DNA from: Octopus bimaculoides
Taxonomy: Eukaryota
Assembly: GCF_001194135.2 (NCBI RefSeq)
Contig: NC_068994.1
Span: 29,110,143 to 29,174,142 of the forward strand
Length of the DNA stretch: 64,000 nt
Direction: 5' to 3'
In this document: positions 63,851 to 64,000 of the stretch, piece after piece
Numbering within the stretch: position 1 is the stretch's first letter
Layout of the letters: every line of letters begins with the position of its first letter
Program-made: the position numbers and the translations under genes
The notes under the pieces: model-generated
What the model was told of the DNA's origin: nothing
The model's database searches: none
Seen by the model: the letters and a program-made list of their open reading frames with translations, nothing else

Positions 63851-63887
63851 TGTTTCTGAAGAAGAGCTTTGCTCGAAATGTAAAACA
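63851..63887 (+). ncRNA. Minimal type I hammerhead motif, family H2, near intact
   Basis: TGTTT-CTGAAGA-A-GAGC-TTT-GCTC-GAAAT-GTA-AAACA; predicted cleavage after A63882. Confidence 0.75.
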
Positions 63888-64000
63888 ACCACTCTTTCTT
63901 TCCTTCTCTGAAAGTCTTATTAATACTTTGTATGTACCACATTCTTGCATGGTTTTATTTTTTGTTGTTTTTTCTCTCCATTTTTTTTTTTATTAATTAT

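Overview
Eukaryotic, AT-rich, microsatellite-dense draft-assembly DNA with many N gaps. The SINE/LINE content and the C2H2 gene style suggest an octopus (inference, not verified). There is one clear gene: a minus-strand C2H2 zinc-finger ORF (32812-35121) with 15 intact fingers plus 1 degenerate finger; its C-terminus crosses a gap. The rest is a decayed transposon landscape: tRNA-derived SINEs, RTE, CR1/L2-like and RLE-type LINE fragments, two different Penelope-like (RT + GIY-YIG) elements, mariner, Tigger, hAT and piggyBac derivatives and MITEs, and two tandem Helitron-derived units. The most striking signal not explained by the ORF track is a set of minimal type I hammerhead-ribozyme motifs from at least three sequence families, with compensatory base changes between copies. 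Two families occur as ~0.5 kb fold-back elements with a ribozyme in each arm (16140-16611 and 46526-47022). The second couples head-to-head tRNA-like Pol III heads to hammerhead tails and has a 15-bp target-site duplication. Part of 49.1-50.6 kb looks mis-assembled. All family assignments are from motif recognition by eye; no database search was run.
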